A stretch of 64,000 bases of DNA from Chrysomallon squamiferum (Eukaryota > Animalia > Mollusca): NCBI GenBank assembly GCA_012295275.1, contig CM022671.1, positions 19,282,001 through 19,346,000 on the forward strand, read 5' to 3'. The position numbers and the translations under genes were made by a program. The notes below the pieces were generated by a model. That model ran no database searches. It worked only from the letters and a program-made list of their open reading frames with translations, and was not told where the DNA came from. Below, one piece after another: positions 26,211-41,291 of this stretch (position 1 is its first letter; each line of letters opens with the position of its first letter).

Positions 26211-29200
26211 CCGATTCTTGTCCTTTTTGTGAGTGTTTTCACAGTATTAAAAGCATTTAGAAATTATTAAGAAATATTAATACTGAAAAAAATAACAGAA
26301 AAAAATATGAAACATCAGTATTGTAAACAAGTATTCCATTTTTAATAAAGAAAAATATCAAGAAATATTTAACAATAAATAATAATATAATATATTTTAT
26401 TAAAAAATAAAACATGTTTTTAAGAATTGTTTTTATTTACCACAGTAAAACCATCAAAACGTTTTTCTGCATATTATGCATACTATTTCTTTTTTTCTTT
26501 TAGTTACTGCTGAAAATGGACAGGAAATATATCCTAAACATTTCTGTTAAGCATTTTCTTTGTGTCATACATGAGAAGATAATCTTCTATTGAAATTTTT
26601 GAAGGGAAGAAGAAATTGGTGAAAAGAGTTATCTCTGTAATTAACACAGTTTTGTTTAAATGTGAAGTAGAAGCTATTGAAATGTGAACAATCATTGCCT
26701 CTAGGAAAATTATATTATGCATGATTTAAATACATATTTGATTTCTTTTTTTATGTTTACTAAACCAATAATATCAGCATTAATTATATATGTGTCAGAC
26801 AGGAAATTCGAATCATTTGAAGTTAGTGCTTTGTGTTTTTCCAAGCTGTAAATAGTATTATTTCAGTGAAATATTGTCGTTGTAAAACTTTAAGTGTAAA
26901 TTACTCATATCATTTTTTGTAAATACATCAGTGATGATTGTAAATTAAAAAAACACTGGCTATAAAATATTCAAGCAATAATTATTTATAATATTTTTTT
27001 AAATTGTTTTTACACAGACTTTTGGTTGTGATTTCACGTTATTAAAAAAAAAAAAAAATGTTCTCTTACTGCCTTAAATCAGGATAGTAACACACTGACA
27101 GTCTGTTCATCCAGTTGACACATCCATATTTACACCGTATTGGCCTGAAATATCCTGTATGTGTTCCATTGAATTAGCTCTGGGATTAGTAGGTTCAGAA
27201 TATTTTAATACAGCTATGGATATAGATTTAGCTACAAGTAAACTTTTTCTTCATCATTGTTATCATTCTTAAATTTGCAGAATGTCAATGAATGCCATTC
27301 TGGGGTGCAGGACAATATTGTATAATGATTAACAAATACGTTGGTGAGAGCACAAAAGGTAAAGCCTTCTGGCTTATTTGTTGGAACAGACTTTCATGTT
27401 CATATTACATTTTTTTTATAGCATTTTTTATTCTTAATCTGGATTACTTACCTGATCTGTTTGGATGATAATAAATAAATTAAATAACCTGTCAATGAAT
27501 AATTAAGGTCATTATGATTGTTTTGTATTAACTGAATGAGGCTTTTATTAAAACCTGTCTTTTTTTTTAAATGTAGCTAAATAATTTTTTTTTTTTTAAT
27601 CTTAATAATGTAATATTTTTTTACTCATTTTTGTTTTTTAGTAATTGAAAGAAAATTGTTCAGTATTATTATAAATTTTTAAAAAGCTAATTAAAACTGA
27701 TATTCATAAAGCAATAATTAGTATATAGTATTCTAATTTTTTTTTTTACATATATTTTAACTTTTATTAATGTATGAGTGAGGTTATCTGTGTTCGTTTT
27801 AGTATGGTGTCACTATTATACACTTACTTCTCAACCTGACTCTTACATCCAAAATCAGGAATATTTTAACAATGTGGCTAGTAAAATGTAATTGTTAACA
27901 TTTTTTTTTAAAAACCTTTACAATAAAAATATTTCGTGAGAATATTATTTTGATTATAAAATTTCATCACCATAAATACCATCCAAGAAAATAAGATAAT
28001 TTAGAAAAGTAAATACTCTGTAGATGTATTGAATTTTATTTTTTAAATTGTTTATCTTTCACTTTTAGATAATGAGGTTAATATATTATACAACCTTCAA
28101 AAATGAAGAATGTCTCACTTTTCTGTGAAAATTACACGGGTTGTCAAATTTCCATTGAAAATATGTGCCTTTTATTTATTATTATTATTATTATTATCAT
28201 GAAGATTTTTTTATTTTGATTCCATTATATCTACAAACATATTTCTATTTATTGGCCTTAAAACACTGTTGCATGTCCCACCATATGTTATATGTAACAC
28301 TCTCATTATCCTCCTTCACTTGATTTACTAATATACAGCTGTGATATAGATATTGTGTATCATTTTGATAGCTTTGTTATTTTATAAATTTCTATTTGCC
28401 AAAGTTGTTTCAGTGTCACATTGTTCAATTGTTTTCTGGATTTTTTTGTCCTTTGTTGCTAAAATATTATCTGGTTTAAGGCCCTATAATCCTGTATATT
28501 ACTTTTTTAGGACATTTTTGTTTTCAAATTAATATGAAGTCACTGGTGTGATTTTACTTTTTGTTATAAATTAATATTAATTAAATTGCAAAGCCAAATA
28601 ACAATGAACTATCAGTTAGACACTTAACCAAATTACCATTCAGTATTTTGTCAGATAAACTGGTATCAGCAAATAGTTTTAATGCTTCTTAAGATTTACA
28701 CACATTTGAACAAATTCAGATGAAGCCAAAGATTATATCATGCCCAGGAATTTGGTTGGATTTAAAAAAAGATTATTCTTGATATGTAATTACATTAGAT
28801 TTGGCTTTTATATATGTTGTTGTTTTGTTTTGATTCACCAGTTTTTTTTATAAGCTGTTTATTAAATAGAGATTTTTGATTTATAAGCAATAATTTTATT
28901 AAAATTTGCATCTAATTGTTAACTAGTTACTGTTAATGATATTTTCCATCCTTATTTATTTTTATATTACAATTTTAAGTCTATATGCATTATCAAGAAA
29001 ACAGGAGTGTTTACCTTTTTACTTTTTTCTAAAACATTTTAACATAACATTTTCTCAAATAGTAACAAATTCTACAAAAAAAGAAAGAAAGAAAAGCATA
29101 ATGTTTATTATTAGATTATATTAATTGTTATTGTCTTTATTATGATGTCTGTTTCTTTTTTTATGTTATGATATAGAAACAATAAGTTTAAGAATTCTTA

Positions 29201-29433
29201 TATTACTAAAATTAATTATGTTAGTAGTAAAACTGTAATATTAATCTTTATAATAATTTTAATTTTTAGCTTCATGCAGTAACTGAATTAGATTTATTTG
29301 AAAACAGAGTAGCAGTAGGTGTAATAGTATATATTAAAAACTGTTTAAATATATACATGCATATAGTTTGATACACAATTGGATGTTATTATATTTGCTG
29401 ATGAAGGAGCAGAGTAACTCACTCAAAGGATTC

Positions 29434-29464
<31 letters not shown>

Positions 29465-30288
29465 ATTATATATTTTTTTTTAAATCATGTTTATGAATAA
29501 GTTTTTTGTACAAATTTTACATACATAAACAGATGAATATAATATCAGAAAGAAGATTTCAAATTTATGTTGAAATAATTTTAACTGAACTATTTATTTA
29601 TTATTACACAACATTATGAATGCTGACTAAAACATATATTTAATCATGTACTCATTTCAGGGATATTTTGATAATTTGCAAGTTTTTATTTGTCCTGGAT
29701 CAATTTATTTTTATTTTTTGTTAGCTAGGTTACACATAATGTCAAAATTATTTATTACAATAAGTGACCAAAGTATATCTAGAAATTAATTATATGTTTT
29801 TAATCACACTAAAGTGATTTCATATGATTGCTATGATTAATTACCCCAAAAAATAGATCCAGTTTATCTTACTGTGTCTGATTGTTGATCTTGATGGAAT
29901 TAGATCACATGCATTAATCTGTTTGAAACCACATTTAGATAACGTGCCTATTCAGCATTTCTTTTACATACATATATACATACATCTAGTGTTATTAAGA
30001 GAATGGTAATATATATATAAGATACTAAAGACAGATTTTCATGGATTTGGATAATTTTTACAATACTTTCATTAGAAAAGTTCCAACTTGATTGACAGAG
30101 ACTTTCCCACACTGTTCTCTACGGTAATGGTGACACATTATTACTAAATTGAACATTTCAGCAAATTGTGAGATGCTAATTTTGTTGTCAAACTTCATAA
30201 GCTAAAAGTTTATAAATTTTATATTAATTAATGATGACTGTTTAAATAATTTAATGAATCACTGTCTTTCTCTCTCTCTCTATATGTA

Positions 30289-30328
<40 letters not shown>

Positions 30329-31441
30329 ATTTTAGTACTATTATAGTTTTGAGTTGATCTCACAAATTTCTGTGCATTATTATAATTGTTTGGAAGGAGA
30401 TATTTTCTTCTTTTTCTGAAAAAGTTTCTTATTCAGTTTACTGTGATCATGTCTCATTGTTTGTGTTCACAATTGGAAAAATTATCATGACAACCATGTA
30501 ACTTTTGACAACTATTATGAAAATTCTGTACTTTTATTATTTTGTTTTTGTTGTTGCTTTGTTTTCACTCATGTTACTCAAAACCATAAAAGACAATTTT
30601 ATGAATTCTATTTCATAACTCTGTTATGTGAAGTAGACAATATATATATTAAATTATTACAATATACAAGCTTTTACGTTTTCATATCAGTGACATCCAG
30701 AGCATTAACAACATTAATAAATATCAATTAGAAACTTATTTTATCAGTTATAAGTATCAACATGACATTGTTAATAACAATTTTTCAATATTTTCAAACG
30801 TATTCAAAATTATTTAAAAACTATATATTTTTATTATTTGTGAACGATAGTTTACAAAAACATTATGTAACAGTAAGAAATACAATATTTTTGCTGAATT
30901 AATAGCAACACAATGGTTAATATTAATTTAAATAAATTAATATTAACAAATGAAACACGAAAAAAAACCCAAAAACAGTTAGTTTTCTAGTTCATTACAA
31001 AATGTTTAAGATTGTTTTCATAGAAACTTGATAAAACAGAAAAAGTTTTGATAATTGCCACTTACACATACAAAAATTTTACCAATGAAAAGAAAGAAAA
31101 GGTATGCTGACCAAGAATATTAAACATCACATTATGGGATTTTAATTTACTTTACTTTTCTAAAATATAAACAGAAATAAAATAATATACTCTGCAATTG
31201 TTGTTTTGTTAATGTTTATTATTATTTTTGTTTTGTTAAATATATTGTTTTTTGGAAGTATATTCATACCAAATTTATTAAAAGTATTTATCTTAGCTTT
31301 GAATAATTATGTATTGTTAGTCTTCAGTGTATTCAACATTCATAACATTCAATAAGGATTTTAGCTTAAGATTCTTTTGAATAATAATTTTACTTTTTAC
31401 ATTTTAAAATTATTATTTAACATGTAGGGACAAAATTAAGA

Positions 31442-31472
<31 letters not shown>

Positions 31473-33104
31473 AATTAAAAACTTAAATATGTAAATAAAT
31501 AAATAATAAAATAATACATTACAAAAAAAAAAAAAAAAAAAATGGTAAATTAAAGCAAACAAAAAATAATAAATAAAAAAGAGATCATAAAGCAGCTTGC
31601 TCCTGATGCAGAAAACAACAAAAATAAATTGGATTAAAATGCCTTTATTAAACATTTAAAAATCAAGCACGTGTAATTACGACATCAGAAGTATAATCTG
31701 GCTAAATGCAGAAATCATTTTGGAAAAAGAATGTTCATCCAAATATGGAAATGATCTGTAACCAAATTAATGATTTTTATTCATTAAAAAATATTGGATT
31801 ATCTTCTTTAAAAGAAGCCAAAATATCTTAAAGTTTATAATTTGAGAAATTTCCAATATATTATTTATCATATAACTGTGACACACATACCAAAATAGTA
31901 AAAATTAATACAATAATAAACTGAACATACAGGTGGGGGAATTTTTTTTTAGCAAATACTTACAAAAGAACTACATATTTGATGGTGTTTTGTGGAAAAT
32001 CACAGGCAGTGGTAATAAAGAAAGTAACCTGTTTACAATGGCACTATCAGAATTTTAAGTTTTGCACCAGTTTTGTCATTGATAATGATGTTTACATACA
32101 CTAAGTTTTAATGGTCCTGGATTACACCATTATACTTTGTCATCCCTATATTCCTTCTTTAGCTAGATAAAATACTCTTTAATATTCTCCAACATACCAC
32201 ATGTAAGGCTTAATTTGAAAATTTTGTTTACTAAGGATTGATTATTTATGTATCATATATTACTTATTTTAATGTATGTGGAAAAACAAATGCTAGATAT
32301 TAACTTTAATCAAGTACTATTATTTTATTCCAAGATAAATGCGTAACTAAGTTTTAACTGATTTACTATACTTATATAACTGTACTTGTGTTCATTACGC
32401 TTGAATAAAATCTGTGGAATGTACAGAAATTATCTCCACCTATCATATTCTAACACAATTATGTATGTATGCATGTATTATGTATTGTGTATATGTGTGT
32501 ATATATGTATCTGTTTAACTGTCTGTATATGTAAGAAATGTTTTGTTTTTGAATGCGTGTGTATTTTATCTACATCTAAGTATTCCACCTGTATAAATTT
32601 CAAAATCGAATTTGGACATATTTAATGTCAAATACTCCTTTAACATCACTTTCCAGCCTCTTCATCAGAACTTTTAACATAATTAGCCAAATGTGCCCTC
32701 CAGTTTTGAGTGAACAAATAATTACTGGATGTTTAAGATAATATAAGTAAGATACATGTCAATGAAATTTTGTACTGAAAACCCTGAATTTTAAAATAAT
32801 ATATATATATATTATTCACACAAGAAATACAAAATTGTTTTAATATATACATGTGTATTATATAAAATTTTGGTTGATAAATGGACATTAGTTCATGAAA
32901 GTTGAACAGATACAAATGATAATACAACAGTTTTATGGTTTAATAAAATATATATGTGTGTGTATAAACACATACACACACATACAGTGAACTTGTCTAT
33001 TAGAAATTTTGTTTTTAAAATTGACATTTAAAAGATAACATGAATTCACAGCAAAATAATATTTGTGTTTAGATATTCTTATATGGGGTTAACAAAATAT
33101 ACCC

Positions 33105-33109
<5 letters not shown>

Positions 33110-33162
<53 letters not shown>
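33110..33162. repeat. (AG)n microsatellite
   Basis: Direct inspection. Confidence 0.95.
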
Positions 33163-33167
<5 letters not shown>

Positions 33168-34334
33168 GAGTGTGTTGTCATCTTTGTATTAAAATAATAA
33201 TTAACTAAAACTAAAAAGAACAATGTGTGTGTATTAAGTTAGAAAATTATAAATTTTTGATGTTAGGTCAACACAGCTACAGATAATATGGAATTTTGAA
33301 ATGAAAACCTAATAAGATTTTTATTTTTTGTTTTATGATAGTATTATTATTATTTTCTTTATTTAACTGATATAAAAAACTAAATAGGCTATATTTAGTC
33401 CACGAAGCCTACTTTGATAATAATGGCTGTCCAGTTAATCAATGTGGCAGTCCGAACTTGAGAAGTAATCAAGTGAAGTTTTTCTACATTTCAAAAAATA
33501 AAAATAAAAATAAAAAAAAAAAAAAAAAAATAAATAAAAATAAAATAATGTTTTTTGAAGAAGAAAAAGAATAAATATGTATTCTCATTTGTGCTAAATT
33601 TCTACATGACTTACACAAATATTTAATTCTGTATAACCTATATTACCTATTTACAGTATCAAACATCCCGGCATATTTGTACCAATCAGATACACACTAT
33701 ATATAATTAGCTAGTACTGTTAATTTGCTAATTGAAGGTGACTGTATATATAAACGGTCAACTATTTACAACCATCACAGCACTTTTGTTCAAAGCTGCT
33801 TACATAAATAACAAAAAGGTATTAATTCTTCTGTAAAAATATATAAATTGACAGCTAGTATTTGAAAATAATATATATGCAGAAATTATTTCATGACGAT
33901 ACAGGCATTAAATATTGTGTATAGATCTAATAATTATATGAAAAATTATGATGAATATTGTCTTTTTTCGTTCGATGGTGCACATCATCGTATCTTTTGG
34001 TTTTTACAGCTGAAAATATTTGACAAGTATTTGTACAGAAATCAAAAAGAGTGGTTTATTTATTAATTAGAATGATGATATAAAATGACAGGAAACCGGA
34101 AATCAAGACAACAAGTTTGAAATAACCCCAGTGGAGCTCAACATTTGTGTTAATATAAATATGAAATTTCAGACAGTCTGTCGTTTTAAAACATTAAATT
34201 TAGATTTTTATTTCTATGATATATTTGCATATTAGTGCTTGCCCATGTGTGCGCGTGTCTTTATTTATTTATTTATTTTTAAAATTTTAATTTTACATCA
34301 TTATTAATTCAAATTTTTTTTTTTTTTTTTTAAA

Positions 34335-34562
34335 TTATGTTATAAGTCTGTTACAAAAGTTACTCAAAATTGTGAGCTTAAAAACGCCACTGACGTGTTT
34401 GGTTTGCTTTGTTTTGTTTTGTTGTCGTTTTTCATGGCTGCCCCTTGCTCCGTCGCCAGAATCGGGTTTCGTGTCGCCATCAGCGGAAAATCTTTCAATC
34501 CGGTCTCCAGTAATTCGATCCTCAGTGTGGGTTCTGGCCTGCACCGAGCCTGGAGCAAATTT
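34335..34562 (-). CDS. Probable spliced terminal exon (cytoplasmic tail) of the iGluR gene
   Basis: GC-rich island after the acceptor ttaatgttgcag. It is in frame (phase 0) with donor ACG|GTGAGG at 35647 and encodes KFAPGSVQARTHTEDRITGDRIERFSADGDTKPDSGDGARGSHEK... Confidence 0.6.
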   Translation of the reverse strand, partial: KFAPGSVQARTHTEDRITGDRIERFSADGDTKPDSGDGARGSHEKRQQNKTKQTKHVSGVFKLTILSNFCNRLIT

Positions 34563-34904
34563 CTGCAACATTAAAACAATTCAAACTGATTTATAACAAA
34601 ATTTATATTATTTTGCATATATCCACTGCACAGTTAATTTAGCTGAATCAAATAGTTTTTTCTTGAAAAGCGAAATGATGCAAATTAAGTCTTCGCATGT
34701 TTATAAATCACAAAGATAGTTTTATTAACTATCATATATTATCACAAAACAAAACTGTTATGATTATTGTAAAAATCATATAAATGATTCAACTACAAAT
34801 GAGAAAACTTTATTTCTGATAATTATGTTTATCAGTTATATATTTTGGTTTAAAGAAGACTTACCTCCCTGTAATGCTATTACTGCGTATGAAAAAAATG
34901 TATG

Positions 34905-34941
<37 letters not shown>

Positions 34942-35595
34942 GTGTGCTCTAATTCATTTAAAGGCTTGCATGTTTTAACGATTCTTATTTATTAGTGCAA
35001 AAATATAAACACTTTCAATTCATTTCAATGTTACCAAAGTGTTTCACTGTAGTTTATTTATTTTCGAAACATGCAGTAGGTTTATCCAGTGCACAGTATT
35101 CATCCTGGTAGAAACCAGATAACACTGTTATTTATAGTCGCTTTAACACTGACGGAATAGCAGCAAGCTTGTTCATCTAACGCATGTACACAACAAATGG
35201 ATTTTTAATTTCCTCCTTAGTAACGCACTTTTTATGTATCCTAAATATAAACTACAATTTTACATACCACGAAAGCATTACCGTTAGATGTTTGGCCATT
35301 TACAACTCATATATACAGTATAATGAAAAATCGTGGAATTTTTACACTCGGTGTCATTGTTAAATAAAATATTTATATGTATATAACCTTGTAACCACCG
35401 TATTTAATACGTACCTTTCCACATTTCGAGTGCTTTTAAATAAACTGTTTTTCCTAACTGAAAATATTCCTAATAGTTGACTATACATTTCCGATTACGA
35501 TTATTAATTAAATCAGTGGTTCGATTAATTGCTACCGCCCTGAATCCATTTACGTTTCTAAGCCTACACGTAATTCGAGGCACTCACTATATGCA

Positions 35596-36773
35596 CTATA
35601 GTTTTTGTTGCTTGACTATCGGGTTCCTGACAATAGGTGTCCTCACCGTTGTTCTCATCCTACTAACAATATTTTCTACGATGAGAAAGACGACGGCGGC
35701 GATGATGCCGACCATAAGAAGGAGAAATGCAACGGCCATGTCTCGCGGGTTGACAGCGAACGCCTTGAAGGGCAGTTCCCTTTTCTTGTCAAACTTGGCC
35801 TGTTCTTCTTCATATTTTCCGCATCGACGTCTGTCCCACCATTTTACATGCAGCTCGCGGATTATTCCATCTTGTAGCATCTCCAGCACTGCTTTAGAAA
35901 TGTGATCCCGAAGTCGTGAATCTGTGGCATATATATATAAAAAATTTAATTATTGTTCAGAAGTAGAAACACATCATTTTAAATGATGTACACTTTAGCA
36001 AAAAATACACATTCATAAAATCAAACAAACATGCAGTACATACATACATCCTGACCCACACGCACAACTTCAATACTTCAGAAATACGTCGTTATTACAC
36101 ATTTTTTAACAAAAAGCTAGTATCTAATTAATAACTATCTACCTAAATAATCCACTCACTTAAAGGCATTGCAAATCCGATTCCATATATAAAGAGAGTG
36201 TTGCCATACACCATGAGGTCGCAGTTGTAAGTTGTGTAGAAGTCTGCTTTGGAAGATTCCATTAACATTACAAATTCTCTGTCAGACTTCACACGTCTGA
36301 CGCCACTGTCCACCGAGTCTACATAGGTCTGCCTACTTTCGATGTAGTCCGCCAGATGCTTATACGATTGAGCGTTGCGCAGTCTCTCAATAGTGAAGCT
36401 GTCCTTCACAACGCCGACGTCGATCTTACCGTCTTGAACAAGGTCATGATAATTTTTGAAAGGCATCACTGGCTTGGCTTCTTCCCTGGCTAGAAGAAAC
36501 ACGGTGAGGTTTGCGGTGTACGCCAGAATGGAAAATATGGCGAACATGAACCAGAATGCTGCCAGTATCCGTCCTGACAAAGACCGGGGATGTTCTCTGT
36601 AACCTGCAGACAGAGCAGACGGCAAATTTGGTTAGCTTTATAATTGTGAGAACATGTGTCTACCTGATGACGATTCAGAGAATTTTTGAAAACTCAAGGT
36701 GGATATTTTTGATCATGGCATTTTGATTAGAAGTAACAACAACAACAACAACAACAACAACAGCAGCAGCAGC

Positions 36774-36819
<46 letters not shown>

Positions 36820-37514
36820 TGAAACATGTAAATGACCATGCTTTTTTGAGAAATCATGTTGTTTAATTGGCACAGTGATATACCTAGCTGGTACATTAGT
36901 GGCAAAAAACAAAAAACAATTTTAATGGATTTAACTAATATATTACCTTGCCATGTTAAAGTACTGAAAGTGAACATGAAACTATCTCTTAGTCCAAAGC
37001 TGTGTCTTGCACCTCGAGGGTCTTTTCCAGGCGCCACGTGAGTCCACTCGTAGGGGCTGTATCTACCAATGATGATAAAGAGGATACTGACTAGGAGAAA
37101 AGCAATAAGGATGGCAAACCACTGCTCGGTGGCAAACGGTTCCACGAGAAGGCCGAGTCCAGGAACAGGAGTTTCGGGCTTTTTCGTCAGCAGTCGAACA
37201 CCTTCGTTGAAAACTGGCTTAGAGAATTCTATAACTCGTTCACGACTTTCAGTGATCGCTAGATTTGCTACTGCTATATCAGCGTCCTTAAACGTAAAAT
37301 AAAATAAAAATAATATTAATAATACATTTTTTTAATAATAAAAAATAAATAATAAAATGGAAAAAAATAAAATAAAGATATTAATAAATAAAAATGAGAA
37401 AATTAAATACCTATAAACATTTGAATGATAATGAATATTGTTTAAATTAGTATTATTTTTCTTTTTATTTAATTATTTATTTTATCATACTCATCAACAT
37501 CATCATCATCACAA

Positions 37515-37548
<34 letters not shown>

Positions 37549-37649
37549 TGTTATTATTAGTATTATTATTATTAACTGAATATTTTCTTTTCTTAAGTAT
37601 CCGACAAAAGATAAACAAACGTTTTAGCATTTAAATATTCTATTTATAA

Positions 37650-37680
<31 letters not shown>

Positions 37681-38244
37681 ACGCATTAAAATTAAAATAT
37701 TTTACTATTTAAATAATAAAAAAAAAGCCGGCGGTAAATAAATAAATAAATAAAACATTTTAAACCGGGGGTTAACACTCAAGAATTAAAATTTGTATAT
37801 CAAATTTATTTTTAATGTAACCATTTTGGGACTTCAACATGAAATTTAATAATAATAAAAAAAAAAAATACCTCCTACCCCAACAAAATAGACATATATG
37901 GATCTAGAATTTTCCTAGAAATGTCTGGCCATTTGAGAAGGTTTGTCAGTCAAGAACGACGGAATTCTTCTTTTAAGAGAAACATTTTCTGTTATAAAAG
38001 AATATTTATGCATCAGCGTTTTAAAAGTTTCACTGAAAGGTAAGATCATCGTAGGACCTACATGTCTCATTAACTCGCCAACCAAACCATTCCACGATCC
38101 ATCGGCTTGCTGACTGCCGTAAACGCCATCACTTCTCGGACGAATGGTGTAACGGAAACCAACCTTGTCAGCAACGCCGTTGAGAACGTCTATGAGAAAG
38201 CCGTCGTAGCCTCCGCCTTCTTTCATTACTACGTACGGGGCATC
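35596..38244 (-). CDS. Ionotropic glutamate receptor-family subunit (S1-M1-M2-M3-S2-M4). Exons 38062-38244, 36947-37286, 36160-36603, 35596(or 35647)-35921; N-terminal exon(s) uncertain
   Basis: [59 protein letters not shown]; M1; FTFSTLTWQG; PRSLSGRILAAFW; AYTANLTVFL; LMESS; YGIGFAMP; M4 AFLLLMVGIIAAVVFLIVE. All intron phases are consistent. Confidence 0.92.
36773..36905 (-). mobile_element. Retroposon-like 3' end with (ATT)n tail, copy 2, inside an iGluR intron
   Basis: Identical to copy 1 over aaaatgaaacatg...attagtggcaa. The tail grades into (GCT)n(GTT)n on the minus strand. Confidence 0.65.
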
Positions 38245-41229
38245 CTGAAAACATCATGCAAATTTTGTTTAGAGATTAACGAGACGGAAATTAAAATCAA
38301 CAACAACAACAGCAACAAAAGAAGATAATGAAATAATAAACGTGGTGACCTAGTCTGTGATTAATGCACAAGGTTTATGTAATAAATGCTACTAAAACTA
38401 AATTAATTTGTAAAGTAAACAATTTACTTACAATAATTGTTGTGACGAGATATGTTGGTAGGTTCGGTGTTGTCATGGTACTTGTGTGGTTAATTATACG
38501 CTGAAAATAAATAAATAAATAAATAAACAAACAAACACATGGTTAGTACATGCATACAAATTATTGCTATATTTTTCTGAACTTTTAGGTTTTCATTTCT
38601 TTTGAATATATTCTTCCAAATCATTACGCTGCAATAATATATCCATATAAAAACTGTAGTTTGTAAATAATTAAAGAAAGAAACATATCCAATTCTTTGA
38701 GTTCAAAGAATAGTTTTGATTAAAAACAAAATAATATATCTTTTTATTTTAAACAAGATATTAACAGCGATTATATTTAACGTCATATAGGTCTATAAAC
38801 CTTCAGTTGCATATAAATCAAAATGTGCCTGGAAGTTCCGTCCAGACTGGAAACCTATGTAGTGATTTTGTAATATAATAATATCAGATGAATTATTTGG
38901 AATGTCTGTGTTTTTTTTTTTTCAAATTTGAAGGTGACCGAGTTATAGTGATATGTCTTTATGTGGTGCAATGTGATAAAAAAAAAAAAATCAAGAATAA
39001 AAAAAAAATCAAGAACTTCCTGATTTGTGGTCAACAACTATGTGAAACGATTGGAGAAAGGTGGGCTGCAGCAGACGTGAGAGAGTCATAACTGCGTCCA
39101 TATGTGAGGTTACTGTTAACAATGCCAACAATGGAAACCATAGGAAGAAATGATTCAAAATAGATGTAGCCGCCTTTTTCAGCAAGTAGGAGTTTGTACA
39201 TAATGGTCTTTCAAATTTGAATTTACTGTTACAGTATTACTAGAAATTTGAACTGTTTTAACTGATTCTTCTTTCATTCTACATGCAAAGAAGTTTAAAT
39301 AAACATATTTAAATAAACCATAAGTTTGAATAATTAAGATGTCATTAAAAATGCATTTTATGATCGTCGAAACAAAATAAAATAATAAATATTACTATTA
39401 AGTTCAACCTGAATTTAAAAAAATAAAAAATAAAAAATAAATAAAATAAATAAAGAAGAAAAGCTAATAATCGGCGACAACAAAGTGTTGCTATTTGCCT
39501 GACTGTTTTATAAAATTAATTAATTTAATATATCTTTAATTTTAGTTTTTTAGTTTTTGATATATCATATCTGCATTTTTACTATTCATGAGCAGAAATG
39601 TACGGGAGATATAACCAAAAAGGAATTCTACAAATTGCCGTTTCGCGACAAGCTTTGAATGTTCAGAAATAGCTACATTTGTCACTATGGTTATTATTGT
39701 CTGGTTGTCAGAATAATCTTTCTATGATTATTTTTTCCTTGACATTTTTTTTCTTTGCCAAAACAATGTTTTTGTTACTAGTGTACTTATGAAGTCTCTC
39801 TCTCTCTGTTTCTTTGTCTGCCTGCTTATCTCTGTGTATATATAGACATCTTTTTATGATTTCGTTTGCAGAATATAAAGTTATATATTTAATTAGCTAT
39901 AACATAAATTCAATTTTTACACATCTTATTGATTTTAAAATCAAATTTGGAAACAAAATACATATTCAATAATAAATACGAATATCTTCTCCTATTTATA
40001 CCATTTACTCCATGGAAAATGCATGAAACTTAGCGGAACAAATACAAATGTTGTATACACTTCGAAGTGCTGTACTTCTGACGTTGAAAGTAGTTCTTTG
40101 TTGCTTCGGCTGATGTTGTAATCTAAATTCAGAGAAAAATAAACGAGATCTCTTTGCTCTGATAACTTTGTTAGATACAGCTGGTAACAGAGTAGTTGAA
40201 AGAAACAAAACAAACAATTATTCTTCTTCTTCATAGATTAGGTGCTAATTCCACAAAAGCTGGTGTGTTAACTTCAAAAGTAATCGAAATTCTATTACTT
40301 TGTCAAATAATAATTCTAAACACAATAATTAAAATAACAGCATTTTCCGGAGAAGGTTTACAAGGTTAATATAAAAAATAAAACTTCTATTCAGTGCGAA
40401 AAATAGAACCTCACTGTCCTTACTTGAATAGATCATGTTATTCGCATAAAAATAACCCGGCATTTGGATGCATGTTGAATCTTTACAAGCTGAATACTGA
40501 CTGTCGAACCGCTTCCGCTCTTACGCCTTCCGAGTCCTCTTGAATCGTTTTAAGGAATATAATTCAGTATTCCTTCTGAATTTACTATGGTCTTAAAATA
40601 TTGTTAAATGTCATGACACCTTAATGCAAATCTGCTGTCCCGTTTCAGCATTTAATATCAATGAAGAATATTTCTAGAATGTTAGATGCTGTAAGTTTCC
40701 TGTCTGAGACATTAAACATTTTAAAGTAATCGTCAAATAGAAAAACTGTCTCTTCTTGGCATCCAGTTCTTGTTCTCCGTGAATTCTTTTTAAAAAACAT
40801 TTAGATTTTAAATTAAACACTGGTTATATTAGTTAGTAAACTGAATTAAAGTTCTCTGAATAAATAAAGAAAAAACTTCTAACTTTGCTGAAAATAAACT
40901 GACAAAATACTGGATTTGTTTGAAAAGTGACTTGCTTTTACATAACCTTCCATACCTTGCAGTTGCTAAACTAATAATCCTAATTATGGTAATTTAAAAC
41001 AACAACAACAACAAACCCCAGCGATATTGGACCTTTAGACCAGATTATATCAAAATTTATTTCAAAGGGGATGTAATATACTATCCAGTTTTATTTATGT
41101 GTGTGTGTGTGTGTGGCTGTGTGTAATTATCTGCTGGCAGATTCAGCATTAAAACATATTCCCAATTAAAAAAGATATTATTATTTTTTTTTTTATTAGA
41201 TTCGTAGTAGAATAATGATTTTTGTAATA

Positions 41230-41291
<62 letters not shown>

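Noticed and set aside
27069-27145. Minus-strand AG...GTAAG-bounded segment downstream of GRAMD4
   Set aside because: Isolated, with no partner exons or recognisable protein.
35477-35905. 142-aa plus-strand ORF, and others at 35605, 37069, 38107, 52226, 61685
   Set aside because: Antisense shadows of GC-richer iGluR/TRPV exons.
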